A stretch of DNA of 29,569 nucleotides from a virus. Lineage: Duplodnaviria > Caudoviricetes. Below are positions 18,391-26,140 of the stretch, one piece after another (the first letter of the stretch is position 1; every line of letters starts with the position of its first letter). A program made the position numbers and the translations under genes. The notes beneath the pieces were generated by a model that was given only the letters and a program-made list of their open reading frames with translations, was not told the origin of the DNA and did no database searches. The stretch is from the IMG/VR virus record IMGVR_UViG_3300043603_000001, positions 1-29,569 of that record; one strand, 5' to 3'.

Positions 18391-19230
18391 TTATGACAGG
18401 CCGAACGCGGAACCGTCGTGCTTCATTTGCACGATGCCCGTGTTCTGCAGGATTTTGGCGCCGTGAAACACAGTGGCCCGCGTCCATGACAGGTCCTGCT
18501 TTTCGTCGTAGCCGATGTGGATGGAGTCCTCGCCGACGTTCACCGCGTAGCCGATGGCTGAGCGGTGGAACATGTAACAAAGCTCGGTCGAGGTGCCGAC
18601 GCCGGTCACGCGCGCCGAGCGGAACCAGTTGACGCCGGCCCAGCGATACATGCGGCGAGCCGGACCAACGAGCGGCTTGACCTCGACATAGTCGCCGCTG
18701 TTGAACTCGGTGGTCTGGCGCATGTACGACAGGAACCCTTGGGAGACGACACCGAACATGTTGTCCTCTTCCTCGATGGGAATGTCGTTGTTGCCGAGAT
18801 AGCCGAGCGCCTTTTCGACCATGGCAACCGACGCGGTAGCGTAGGCGCCAGTATCAATGGTGGCGTTGGCGAGCTCGGCCAACACGGTCAGGTCGATGTC
18901 GCGATTGATCACGTTCATCGAGGCCGAACGCATCACCGCCTTCTGATCGCCCTGGCTCGCGAATACGTTGAAGCCAGTGAGCTCATAGGGGGCGTGCTTC
19001 TCGACCAGCGTCGCAGTGACCTGCGTGTTGGTCGGGTTGCCGTAGGGGATCTGACCGTTGACGCCGCGGGTGACCGCGGTATCGGTGCCAGAGCCGGCAA
19101 CAAGGAAGGTGGCCTGGTTGCCCTTGGTCACGGATTCCTTGGTGGTCATGGTTCGGAAGATTGAGGCTTTGCCTTCAAACTGATCTACGAATGCTTGGCG
19201 GTACTGTACGACCGCTGCTTCAACAGACAT
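18391..19230 (-). CDS. Major capsid protein
   Basis: 279 aa after the scaffold. N-terminal VQYRQAFVDQFE, INRDID, C-terminal TVFHGAKILQNTGIV pattern typical of BPP-1-like capsids. Strongly biased codon use. Confidence 0.88.
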   Translation of the reverse strand: MSVEAAVVQYRQAFVDQFEGKASIFRTMTTKESVTKGNQATFLVAGSGTDTAVTRGVNGQIPYGNPTNTQVTATLVEKHAPYELTGFNVFASQGDQKAVMRSASMNVINRDIDLTVLAELANATIDTGAYATASVAMVEKALGYLGNNDIPIEEEDNMFGVVSQGFLSYMRQTTEFNSGDYVEVKPLVGPARRMYRWAGVNWFRSARVTGVGTSTELCYMFHRSAIGYAVNVGEDSIHIGYDEKQDLSWTRATVFHGAKILQNTGIVQMKHDGSAFGLS

Positions 19231-19414
19231 GGGGTATCCCTTTCAGAGATGTCCTTTCGTTGGGGGTTGCCTCTGATCGGGGTGTCCGCGTGCGAACGGC
19301 CTCGGGGTGTCCGTGAGGAGCCGAGTTCGGTAGCTGCGGGGCTTTTCGTTGGCGGCTTGGTTGCGTCTCTTTCCGGGGCCTTGCGGGGTGTCCGGGGCTC
19401 CACGCTGAGCGAAA
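19231..19414 (-). promoter_or_regulatory. Repeat-rich, probably structured leader upstream of the major capsid gene
   Basis: Three exact CGGACACCCCG copies (19278-19288, 19303-19313, 19384-19394), two CCAACGAAA copies, and hairpins. Confidence 0.55.
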
Positions 19415-20347
19415 TCAGGCGGCAGCGCGCTTCTGGGTTTTCAGTTGCGCGTCGAGAAGCTCGATTTCTCGAGCCTCGTATTTCTTTTCATCCTTGGCGT
19501 ATTCGTCCGGCTTATTCCGGCGAAGTTCGCGGATGCTGTCGAGTTCGGCCTGTACCGTCTTGCCGGGATCGGTCGTGCCGGCCGGGACGAGGGTCGATTG
19601 CGGATTGAGTTCGACGGCGATGGCAGCAAGCTGCTTGATCAGGTTCGGGCTATCGCCCAGCTTGCGGCCGTCCGGGCCACGCGCCGCGAGAACATTCGTT
19701 GCCAAACCTTCCGGCCATGTCGCGATCAGATTGTTGACGGCGGTCAGGTTGCGGCGGAAATCGGCGCCTTGCCATTCGCCGCGCAAGGCCTCTTCGGATT
19801 CCGTCTTGAACGCGGCGTCGGCATCTTCCTGCGCGGCGCGCTGCTTGTCGAGAATTTCGTAATACTTGCCGACCATGCCATTGAACTGCTTGGGATCGAC
19901 ATTGCCGGCCAGAGCGGCGGCGGCGAACTCTGCCACGATGGGCTTGTCGGCCTCGCCGATCACAAGGCCCTTGGGCAATTCCAGCTTCTCGACGTAGCCT
20001 TCCGGCTTGTCAGGCAGGCCGTTCTCCTTACGCCATGTCGCGAGTTCTTCCGCGGTAGCGCCTTCGGGGAGAGCCTTCTTGAACTCGCCGGACGATAGCT
20101 TGGTTTGCAGGGCACGGTGCGCCTTGCCGAAAGCGGCTTCATCGGAATAGCGGCCGAGCGTCTTGGCGAAGGCGACATCGTCGCCGGCAAGGCGAGTGCG
20201 CCAGTCCGCGGCGGGCGGATCGCCAGTGGGAGGCGCTACAGGCGGATCAGCGGAGACCGGCGGCGCGGCAGGATCAACGATGGTCGCCGGAGGCGTGACA
20301 ACAGGAGGCGTTACCGGAGGAACGACCGGTTCGATTACTTCAGCCAT
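19415..20347 (-). CDS. Capsid scaffolding protein
   Basis: Pro-rich N-terminus, DWR motif, GLPDKPEGY, LRGEWQG, charged helices. Lies directly upstream of the capsid. AGGAG RBS. Confidence 0.8.
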   Translation of the reverse strand: MAEVIEPVVPPVTPPVVTPPATIVDPAAPPVSADPPVAPPTGDPPAADWRTRLAGDDVAFAKTLGRYSDEAAFGKAHRALQTKLSSGEFKKALPEGATAEELATWRKENGLPDKPEGYVEKLELPKGLVIGEADKPIVAEFAAAALAGNVDPKQFNGMVGKYYEILDKQRAAQEDADAAFKTESEEALRGEWQGADFRRNLTAVNNLIATWPEGLATNVLAARGPDGRKLGDSPNLIKQLAAIAVELNPQSTLVPAGTTDPGKTVQAELDSIRELRRNKPDEYAKDEKKYEAREIELLDAQLKTQKRAAA

Positions 20348-20355
20348 AAAGGCTC

Positions 20356-20619
20356 CTATGCTTTCGGTTTAACTACCAGCTTGGTCAGGCGAACGATCTG
20401 GTTGCCGACGTGCCGCTTGCCTTCCGCGAACGAGGTCGCGTGTTCATCGCCGGGCCGGAACGACATGTCGTAGGTCCCGCAGATGCGGTTGATGATCAGC
20501 GCCAGCGCGTGTTTCTGCTGGCCGTCATTCGCTACGCCAGATGCGAGGGCCTGGATTGCCGCGGCGTCGTGAGCATCGGCCTCGAATGAGGACCATGGCT
20601 CAGGTGGTTTCTTGGTCAT
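20356..20619 (-). CDS. Bbp19-like small phage protein
   Basis: TSFAEGKRHVG motif and position between portal and scaffold. Probable start ATG 20619 (87 aa). Confidence 0.7.
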   Translation of the reverse strand: MTKKPPEPWSSFEADAHDAAAIQALASGVANDGQQKHALALIINRICGTYDMSFRPGDEHATSFAEGKRHVGNQIVRLTKLVVKPKA

Positions 20620-20770
20620 CACAAATCCGAACCCACGCCATTGTGGGAGTGCCATCAGCGTTAAAGACGGTCTCTACAATTTCGTACTCGTTTCGTCTCT
20701 GGATGGTGTTGGACAATTCGACCGATTGTGCCTCAGAAAGAAAGGTCACCATTCCCGGATAAATTTTCAT
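20600..20770 (-). CDS. Hypothetical 56-aa protein not in the ORF track
   Basis: Hand translation MKIYPGMVTFLSEAQSVELSNTIQRRNEYEIVETVFNADGTPTMAWVRICDDQETT. The ATG overlaps the portal stop (TGATG) and the ORF fills the gap. Confidence 0.55.
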   Translation of the reverse strand: MKIYPGMVTFLSEAQSVELSNTIQRRNEYEIVETVFNADGTPTMAWVRICDDQETT

Positions 20771-22455
20771 CACGCTGCCACCCCTGCCCGTGCCTGTTGT
20801 ACCGATTGTGCGGCATCGCCAGCACTCTGTACAGCCGTTCCCATCTTGGTTGCCACATCAGCGCCGGTTGCCAGTGCTTGAGCTGCTGCTGCGGCTTGCT
20901 GTTGCATCGCGGCCTGCTGCTTGTTGGCGTCTGCGGTTTTCTTGTCCACAATCCATTTCGCCGGGGCCACACCGCCCAGCGCATCACGGAACGCGGTATC
21001 GATATCCAGATCGTACCGGACGTTCGGATCGATTTGCGCGGCCTGTGCCAGCAATTGCGCGGACTGCGAGAATGCCGTGGATTTCACCCGATCATTCGCG
21101 GCCTGCAGCGGGCTTTCGAATTGCCAGTTGATTTCCTTACCCTGCAGGATGTCCGGCATGTCCTCGAACGAGCCGAACAGGCCCAAATCCATCGACACGT
21201 TCCATGTCTGCTCGCACAGCCCGCCGTTGTATTCGACCTCCATCGGCTCGAACAAAGGCAGCGCCCGGCGGATGTACTCCTCAACCCGCTGCTGGGTTTC
21301 ATAGGCCGTCATCTTGTCCCCTTGGGACGCCTCAGGAAGATTGATGACGTTCAGAAAGAACGCCTCCGATATCATCTTCTCGATCTTCTCCTCGCGTCCA
21401 TCGCCCCAGGATAGGTCACCGGGCGGCCCCTGAAGCCTTTCCAGAGCCGCACCAGTGCGCTCATCATACTCTGGGTCAACCCACGTGATCCCGCCCGCAA
21501 ACGTATTGACGCCCCCTTGAATATACTCGCCAACCGCCTTCAGTGGAGGATCGACCGCCTTCTGTCCGGCCTCCAATAGCGTCAACGTGATCTGCTGCAA
21601 CAGCCTTGCATCAGGGAGAGCAACGACGGTTGCGGGAGAAAACGCATAGGGCGAACCCGAAACCGTCACCCATCGCGGGATGATGTAGTTCGACCGCTTG
21701 GCGGGCTTCTCCTCCAAGATCGTGTCGTGCTCCGTATCGATATAGAGCGAGACGAACGGGAACCGGGACGGGTTCTTTGGTTTAACCTCAAGGTCGTATT
21801 GATCGGCCGGGATGATGATGTGCCGGCATTTGATTTCGCGGTACGGCTCATCCTTGAGCATGGCGCGGACTTTGGGCGAAACTGTCTTGGGAAACAGCTT
21901 GACCAGCGCGCGGGCTTCCAGATTCCAGTTGCGGTGAACCGTATCGATATTCAGTTCGGAATTCTCGCACCACGCGACATCCTTCAGATGCCAGTTGCGG
22001 TACAGCATCCCGTCGCCGTACAAGTTCGGATCAACCGAGATTACGGTCTGACCGAACGCGATGAAGTCGTTGTCGCCTTGTTTGGTGGCCCGGATGAACT
22101 GAGCCCGTTGATCGTACATCGCCCGGCGCATTACATCGGACTTGGCGTCCAGCCACTTCTTGGCCGTAGCGTCTGAATTGATATCCTCATCCCCGGTACG
22201 GGCGTGGAACCATGCCGTGCCCCGAGGCCGAAGCATGGCGGATAGCGAATTGCCGAGATCGCGATGCGCCAGCACCGGCCGGCCGGTCATCAGGTTGGTG
22301 ACGAACTCCGAACCAACGTAACGGGTTTGGGTGAAGTCGGCCCGGATGGGATAGAAGTTCTCGGCCATGGTCTGCCACAGCGACAACAGCGAGCCGCGCT
22401 TTGCGAACAGCCTGTCACCCTGCTTGACAAGCTCTTGAACGCGCGCGTTGGCCAT
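20770..22455 (-). CDS. Portal protein (head-tail connector, T7 gp8/Bbp21 family)
   Basis: 561 aa with PRGTAWF, FIAFGQTV, PRWVTVSGSPYAFSP..ALPD, AVDPPL and MTAYE motifs. Confidence 0.93.
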   Translation of the reverse strand: MANARVQELVKQGDRLFAKRGSLLSLWQTMAENFYPIRADFTQTRYVGSEFVTNLMTGRPVLAHRDLGNSLSAMLRPRGTAWFHARTGDEDINSDATAKKWLDAKSDVMRRAMYDQRAQFIRATKQGDNDFIAFGQTVISVDPNLYGDGMLYRNWHLKDVAWCENSELNIDTVHRNWNLEARALVKLFPKTVSPKVRAMLKDEPYREIKCRHIIIPADQYDLEVKPKNPSRFPFVSLYIDTEHDTILEEKPAKRSNYIIPRWVTVSGSPYAFSPATVVALPDARLLQQITLTLLEAGQKAVDPPLKAVGEYIQGGVNTFAGGITWVDPEYDERTGAALERLQGPPGDLSWGDGREEKIEKMISEAFFLNVINLPEASQGDKMTAYETQQRVEEYIRRALPLFEPMEVEYNGGLCEQTWNVSMDLGLFGSFEDMPDILQGKEINWQFESPLQAANDRVKSTAFSQSAQLLAQAAQIDPNVRYDLDIDTAFRDALGGVAPAKWIVDKKTADANKQQAAMQQQAAAAAQALATGADVATKMGTAVQSAGDAAQSVQQARAGVAA

Positions 22456-22674
22456 TTAGCTGCCGGCACCCAGAGACGTAGACGAATAGTCCCCGCCGCG
22501 ATCCTTTGGCGGGCTGAGAATGGTTGAGGTCCGCCCGGCCCGGCCCATGATGTCGGCCTGCGCCTTGCGCTTCGCCTCTATGACGGCCATCGCATCGGGG
22601 TCCGGCATTGTAGCCGGGGCTTTCGGATCGGGTGCCGCTGCGGGCGCTTGCGGCCGCGCGAATAGACTGGTCAT
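22456..22674 (-). CDS. Small pre-portal virion/assembly protein
   Basis: Pro-rich N-terminus and GRAGRTSTILS motif typical of the small gene before podovirus portals. GAGGA RBS, ATGA overlap with the upstream gene. Confidence 0.7.
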   Translation of the reverse strand: MTSLFARPQAPAAAPDPKAPATMPDPDAMAVIEAKRKAQADIMGRAGRTSTILSPPKDRGGDYSSTSLGAGS

Positions 22675-22853
22675 GAGCAATCCTCTTCGCGATCATTTGC
22701 GATGTCCGCGAGAAACCCGATAGCGCTCGCGCCCTCACGCCTTCGGAGGCCCGGCGTCAACGGTTCGTCATGAGGCCGTCGCGTGAAGCCAAGCCGTGTT
22801 TCGCGGTCGCGCCGGATTGGCTTGTCGCTTGGGTGGCGCAATTTTCGGTCCAT
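22671..22853 (-). CDS. Hypothetical protein (60 aa)
   Basis: Fills the gap exactly, starting 1 nt after the terL stop and overlapping the next start. GAGG upstream. Confidence 0.55.
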   Translation of the reverse strand: MDRKLRHPSDKPIRRDRETRLGFTRRPHDEPLTPGLRRREGASAIGFLADIANDREEDCS

Positions 22854-22854
22854 G

Positions 22855-24453
22855 TCACCGCCTCGTTTTTAAGTGTTCGTATCCGCGATTTGCGGTGGTC
22901 TGCCGCGGCCCAGAACTGTTCTGCGCTCGTTTCACCGCGGCATTTCCTTCGGAGAGGCACATCACGACGGCATCGCCCTTGCCGGTTGACCGACCAAGCC
23001 GCTTCCGTAAATCTTCCTTGCTTTCGATCAGGTAGACGCCGCGCACCTGAAGAGCATGAGCGTCGTAACAAGGCGCGGCGAGATCGGCTTTCAATTCAGG
23101 ATCGGGCGGCAATGCGATGGCCGATCCGCCCTGCTGGTCAGGATCAAGCGCCTCACGGAAGCGCCACAGCCCTTCGGCACGTTTGTTGGCGAACGGTATG
23201 TTGCTGCCGAGCGCCCTGCCCAGAGCCTTGCCCGCCCCATTAAACCCGATGTAGGGAACGCTGTTATCCTTCAACCGCAAAACGATCTTGTCGCCGTAGC
23301 CGCCGCCCACATCCACAACCACTGGCGCATTATCGCGCCGCGTCGCCATGATGTGACCGAAAGCCTTGGCAGGGTCGGATGTACTCTCGCCCTTTTCGGT
23401 GACCAGGGGAGCAAACCAGCCGCCGTATCGAGTAGCTATTTCCTCCGCGTCATGCCCGCCGCCGGCCGGATCGACCGCCATCGCCGTCATGGCGAATGCT
23501 TTGTATCCGTCCGGCTTCCATCTGGCCTGAGCGGCCTCAATCCATGCGGTCGGGATGACCTGAAAATCCGCGTCCTTGAACGTGGTTTTAAACCCGCCCA
23601 TCAACAGCGAACGATACGGCTCCGGTAGCGAGTCCAACTGGCGTTCGTAATCAGTTGCCGCGTAATACGGGTTATCCCTAACCGACGACGGGATGTAAGT
23701 CCGCGACGTGGGCCGGATGATCTTGCCTTTGACGATCCGGACATCGTCAGGTCCGTTGACCCATTCGTCCTTGCCATCCTCATCCGAGACGACCCAGCGC
23801 AACTCACCAGGCTTTGCAGGGTTAGGATGGTTCGGATGGTTCGGATGGTTCGGATCGAGCCACGGCGCGAACATCTTGTTCACCCACAGCCCTTCGGCCG
23901 TAAGCGGCGGATTGGTCGCCAGAACAGTCCTGCAGCGCTGCTGCGGGTCCTCAGACCGAACCCAGCCCATCAGGAACCGGACTTGCGATTCCGCGAAATG
24001 CGTTGCCTCATCCAGGCCGAGTAAATCCCGGCCTTGCCCCATTGTGCCCTGCTCGTCTCCTATCCGTTGAGCGGCACGAAAGTTGATGATCTTGTTGTCG
24101 TCGATACGCAGACGGGGTGGAGGAGAACCATTGAAGCCATCCCGGCTACCATGGATTTTAAGCCCGTCCTCGATCAGCCGTTCTAGATCCCCGTACTGCC
24201 GGCGCATGATAAGCGAGCGCTGATGGCAATTGAAGGCCAACCCGAGAAGTAACTGACTCTTGCCGCCGCCCGGCTCTCCACCGTACAGCAGGCAATCCGC
24301 GAGACTGAAATAGGCGTCGGTTTGCGGACCCGGTGAGGGTATCCATTTGAAATTCGCCGTGGCGGCTATCGCATCCGCTACCACGGCCTTCTTGTCGTCT
24401 GGCGATAGTACCCCGAGCTTCTGGGTGATTTCCTCAAGAAGCGTGAGGGACAC
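22855..24453 (-). CDS. terL: Terminase large subunit
   Basis: PGPQ adenine-binding motif, Walker A YGGEPGGGKS, Walker B LLGLDEA, ATNPP coupling motif, nuclease AVDPAGGGHD and GDAVV. Confidence 0.96.
   Translation of the reverse strand: MSLTLLEEITQKLGVLSPDDKKAVVADAIAATANFKWIPSPGPQTDAYFSLADCLLYGGEPGGGKSQLLLGLAFNCHQRSLIMRRQYGDLERLIEDGLKIHGSRDGFNGSPPPRLRIDDNKIINFRAAQRIGDEQGTMGQGRDLLGLDEATHFAESQVRFLMGWVRSEDPQQRCRTVLATNPPLTAEGLWVNKMFAPWLDPNHPNHPNHPNPAKPGELRWVVSDEDGKDEWVNGPDDVRIVKGKIIRPTSRTYIPSSVRDNPYYAATDYERQLDSLPEPYRSLLMGGFKTTFKDADFQVIPTAWIEAAQARWKPDGYKAFAMTAMAVDPAGGGHDAEEIATRYGGWFAPLVTEKGESTSDPAKAFGHIMATRRDNAPVVVDVGGGYGDKIVLRLKDNSVPYIGFNGAGKALGRALGSNIPFANKRAEGLWRFREALDPDQQGGSAIALPPDPELKADLAAPCYDAHALQVRGVYLIESKEDLRKRLGRSTGKGDAVVMCLSEGNAAVKRAQNSSGPRQTTANRGYEHLKTRR
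23825..23855 (+). repeat. 9-bp tandem repeat (GGATGGTTC)x3.4 within terL
   Basis: Read directly. Encodes DPNHPNHPNHP on the minus strand. Confidence 0.95.
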
Positions 24454-24456
24454 GGG

Positions 24457-24630
24457 CTACTTGGTCTTTTTTTTTGCCGCCTTGGCCGATGCGATCGCAG
24501 CATCATCATCCGCGATCAGACGGTCGCACGCCGCGATAGCGCCCTCGATCTGGCGGGCTGAGTTGAGTGTGTTGGCCAGATCGACTTGAAGCTTGGCGCG
24601 GAGCTGCTCGACGCTTTCACGGTTCATCAT
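24457..24630 (-). CDS. Hypothetical 57-aa coiled-coil protein not in the ORF track
   Basis: Hand translation MMNRESVEQLRAKLQVDLANTLNSARQIEGAIAACDRLIADDDAAIASAKAAKKKTK. Starts 1 nt after the upstream stop and ends 3 nt before terL. Confidence 0.7.
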   Translation of the reverse strand: MMNRESVEQLRAKLQVDLANTLNSARQIEGAIAACDRLIADDDAAIASAKAAKKKTK

Positions 24631-24631
24631 G

Positions 24632-25192
24632 TTACACCGCTGCTGAAAATGGCGTTGCTTCGGTGCCGGTCTGGGTAATGACGCCCTCGACCAGCCAGGT
24701 ATTCGCGGCGATATCGGTCACGGTGACATACTCGCCCTTGGTCACGGAGCCGGTGGTTCCGCGGTTGAGCGTGATGGTGTCGGAATTGGTCGCCACCGTG
24801 GCAGAGTTCGCCGCAATCCAGCCCTTCATCGTCGCGGGATCATCCGAGACGCCCTGAATCACGCCGACCATGAAGTCGGATGCGTTCGCGACTTTGACGA
24901 CATGGCTGTTCGAGGTCGCGATGACCGTCACGACGAATGGGAACCGGACACCCGAGCCCGTAGCCGCCGGCAAGGTGACGACCGAGCCCGCCGCGGTATC
25001 GAGCAGGATACGCTTGCCGCTGTCGGCTGAGGTCAGGGTTTTGGTCGCGCCCGCCGGGACCGTGCCGGATTGGCCAACGCCGGTCGGCGTGGTGTTGTTG
25101 TTGGTGATAATGCCGCCGTCACCGACGACAAGGTTACCGTTGGCGTCAAGCCCGAGCTTTCGGCCGTGAATCGAGGTAAGAACGTCAACCAT
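24632..25192 (-). CDS. Putative virion structural protein (head fibre/decoration-like)
   Basis: Thr/Gly/Val-rich beta protein with TLTSADSGKRILLD..GSVVTLPAATGSG motif seen in fibre/decoration modules. AGGAG RBS. Confidence 0.6.
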   Translation of the reverse strand: MVDVLTSIHGRKLGLDANGNLVVGDGGIITNNNTTPTGVGQSGTVPAGATKTLTSADSGKRILLDTAAGSVVTLPAATGSGVRFPFVVTVIATSNSHVVKVANASDFMVGVIQGVSDDPATMKGWIAANSATVATNSDTITLNRGTTGSVTKGEYVTVTDIAANTWLVEGVITQTGTEATPFSAAV

Positions 25193-25250
25193 AGTGTAAT
25201 CTCCTGCTGTTGCTTGGATTGCTTATGGAGTTGGGCGGGATGCCCGGTAG

Positions 25251-25409
25251 TTACGCGGGAATCTTCGCTGCGATGGCCTCGACTTGCGCCGTGATCGCGT
25301 CGATAGCCGGCTGATCGTCGGTAGGGACCGCAGGCACCTTGGCGAGCAAGGCATCGAGTTTGGTCTCGACATCCGCGACAGCGGCATTGAGCTTCGTAAG
25401 GTCGGCCAT
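25251..25409 (-). CDS. Hypothetical 52-aa helical protein
   Basis: MADLTKLNAAVADVETKLDALL... preceded by CAGGAG RBS. The longer track ORF crosses a terminator. Confidence 0.7.
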   Translation of the reverse strand: MADLTKLNAAVADVETKLDALLAKVPAVPTDDQPAIDAITAQVEAIAAKIPA

Positions 25410-25442
25410 GATTTGCTCCTGGTTTCTGTGGAATTGCCCATG

Positions 25443-25463
25443 AAAAAACCGCCCGAAGGCGGC
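25443..25463 (-). terminator. Intrinsic terminator
   Basis: Minus strand GCCGCC-TTCG-GGCGGT-TTTTT with a C(UUCG)G tetraloop. Confidence 0.88.
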
Positions 25464-25489
25464 TAGAAGTCCTGTGGTGCGATACAATG

Positions 25490-25855
25490 TCAGCCCGTGT
25501 AGAACGATGCGGTAACGATGGGCGTGCCCGCCGAGATCACGCTGATCGTGGTCACGCCGGAACAGAAGAACCAGTGCTCGCCCTTGTATTTGGACAGCAA
25601 CTCGCTCGCCGTGCCGTCCACCGTATCGCCAGGAACGGTCGCCGTCGTGGTGAAGCTGATGAAGATATCGTCGGTAGCCGAGATGCGAACGTACTTCGCA
25701 GCCGTGGCCAGCGATCCCGGGACCGTGATGCTTTCTGCGGTGCTGGCAGCCAAGAACCTTGCGAGCACGCTATCGGCAGATGGGAAATTGCGCGGACCAA
25801 TGGCGGGATGAGGCCCGAGCTCGGTAAGAATCCGGATGTTATCGGCTACGGCCAT
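25490..25855 (-). CDS. Hypothetical protein, beta-rich, possibly structural
   Basis: 121 aa, CAGGAG RBS, followed by a terminator. Confidence 0.7.
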   Translation of the reverse strand: MAVADNIRILTELGPHPAIGPRNFPSADSVLARFLAASTAESITVPGSLATAAKYVRISATDDIFISFTTTATVPGDTVDGTASELLSKYKGEHWFFCSGVTTISVISAGTPIVTASFYTG

Positions 25856-25912
25856 TTAAGGCTCCTGAATTTTGTGGTAGTGTTGGCGCTTCAAAGCAGG
25901 GAGCGTGCGGGC

Positions 25913-26140
25913 ATGACGGAAAAGCTAACGACAGCTACGGCTGTGCGCGCTGGCAACAAGGTCATTTATGTGGCAGAGGCCGGCGAGATAATCGCGCTCG
26001 TCCCCAACCAAATGCGCGCAGTTATTGCCCACCAAGACAGACCGCCAAAGTTTTTGAATTTCGACGGGACAACCGAACCAATAGAGTTCGACCCAAATGG
26101 TGCGTGGACTACGGTGCGTGCGTTTGGGACAAACCCCTAA
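25913..26140 (+). CDS. Hypothetical 75-aa protein, antisense moron-like gene
   Basis: MTEKLTTATAVRAGNKVIY... with GGGAG RBS. Fills the gap between terS and the 121-aa gene. Its stop overlaps the terS stop. Confidence 0.6.
   Translation: MTEKLTTATAVRAGNKVIYVAEAGEIIALVPNQMRAVIAHQDRPPKFLNFDGTTEPIEFDPNGAWTTVRAFGTNP

Noticed and set aside
18379-18420. T7 10A/10B-type capsid frameshift extension
   Set aside because: No slippery sequence near the capsid stop, and the next gene has its own RBS.
19278-19394. Repeats as a mini CRISPR array, or the 72-aa ORF 19185-19403 as a gene
   Set aside because: Repeats are only 11 bp with irregular spacing and no cas genes. The ORF is low-complexity, lacks an RBS and overlaps the capsid start.
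6267-24070. Numerous overlapping Arg-rich alternative-frame ORFs in the track
   Set aside because: Expected in high-GC DNA; they lie entirely within well-supported genes.
24466-24475. A AAA AAG slippery site as a programmed -1 frameshift into terL
   Set aside because: terL is in the 0 frame. The -1 frame reaches TGA about ten codons later, so no fusion results.
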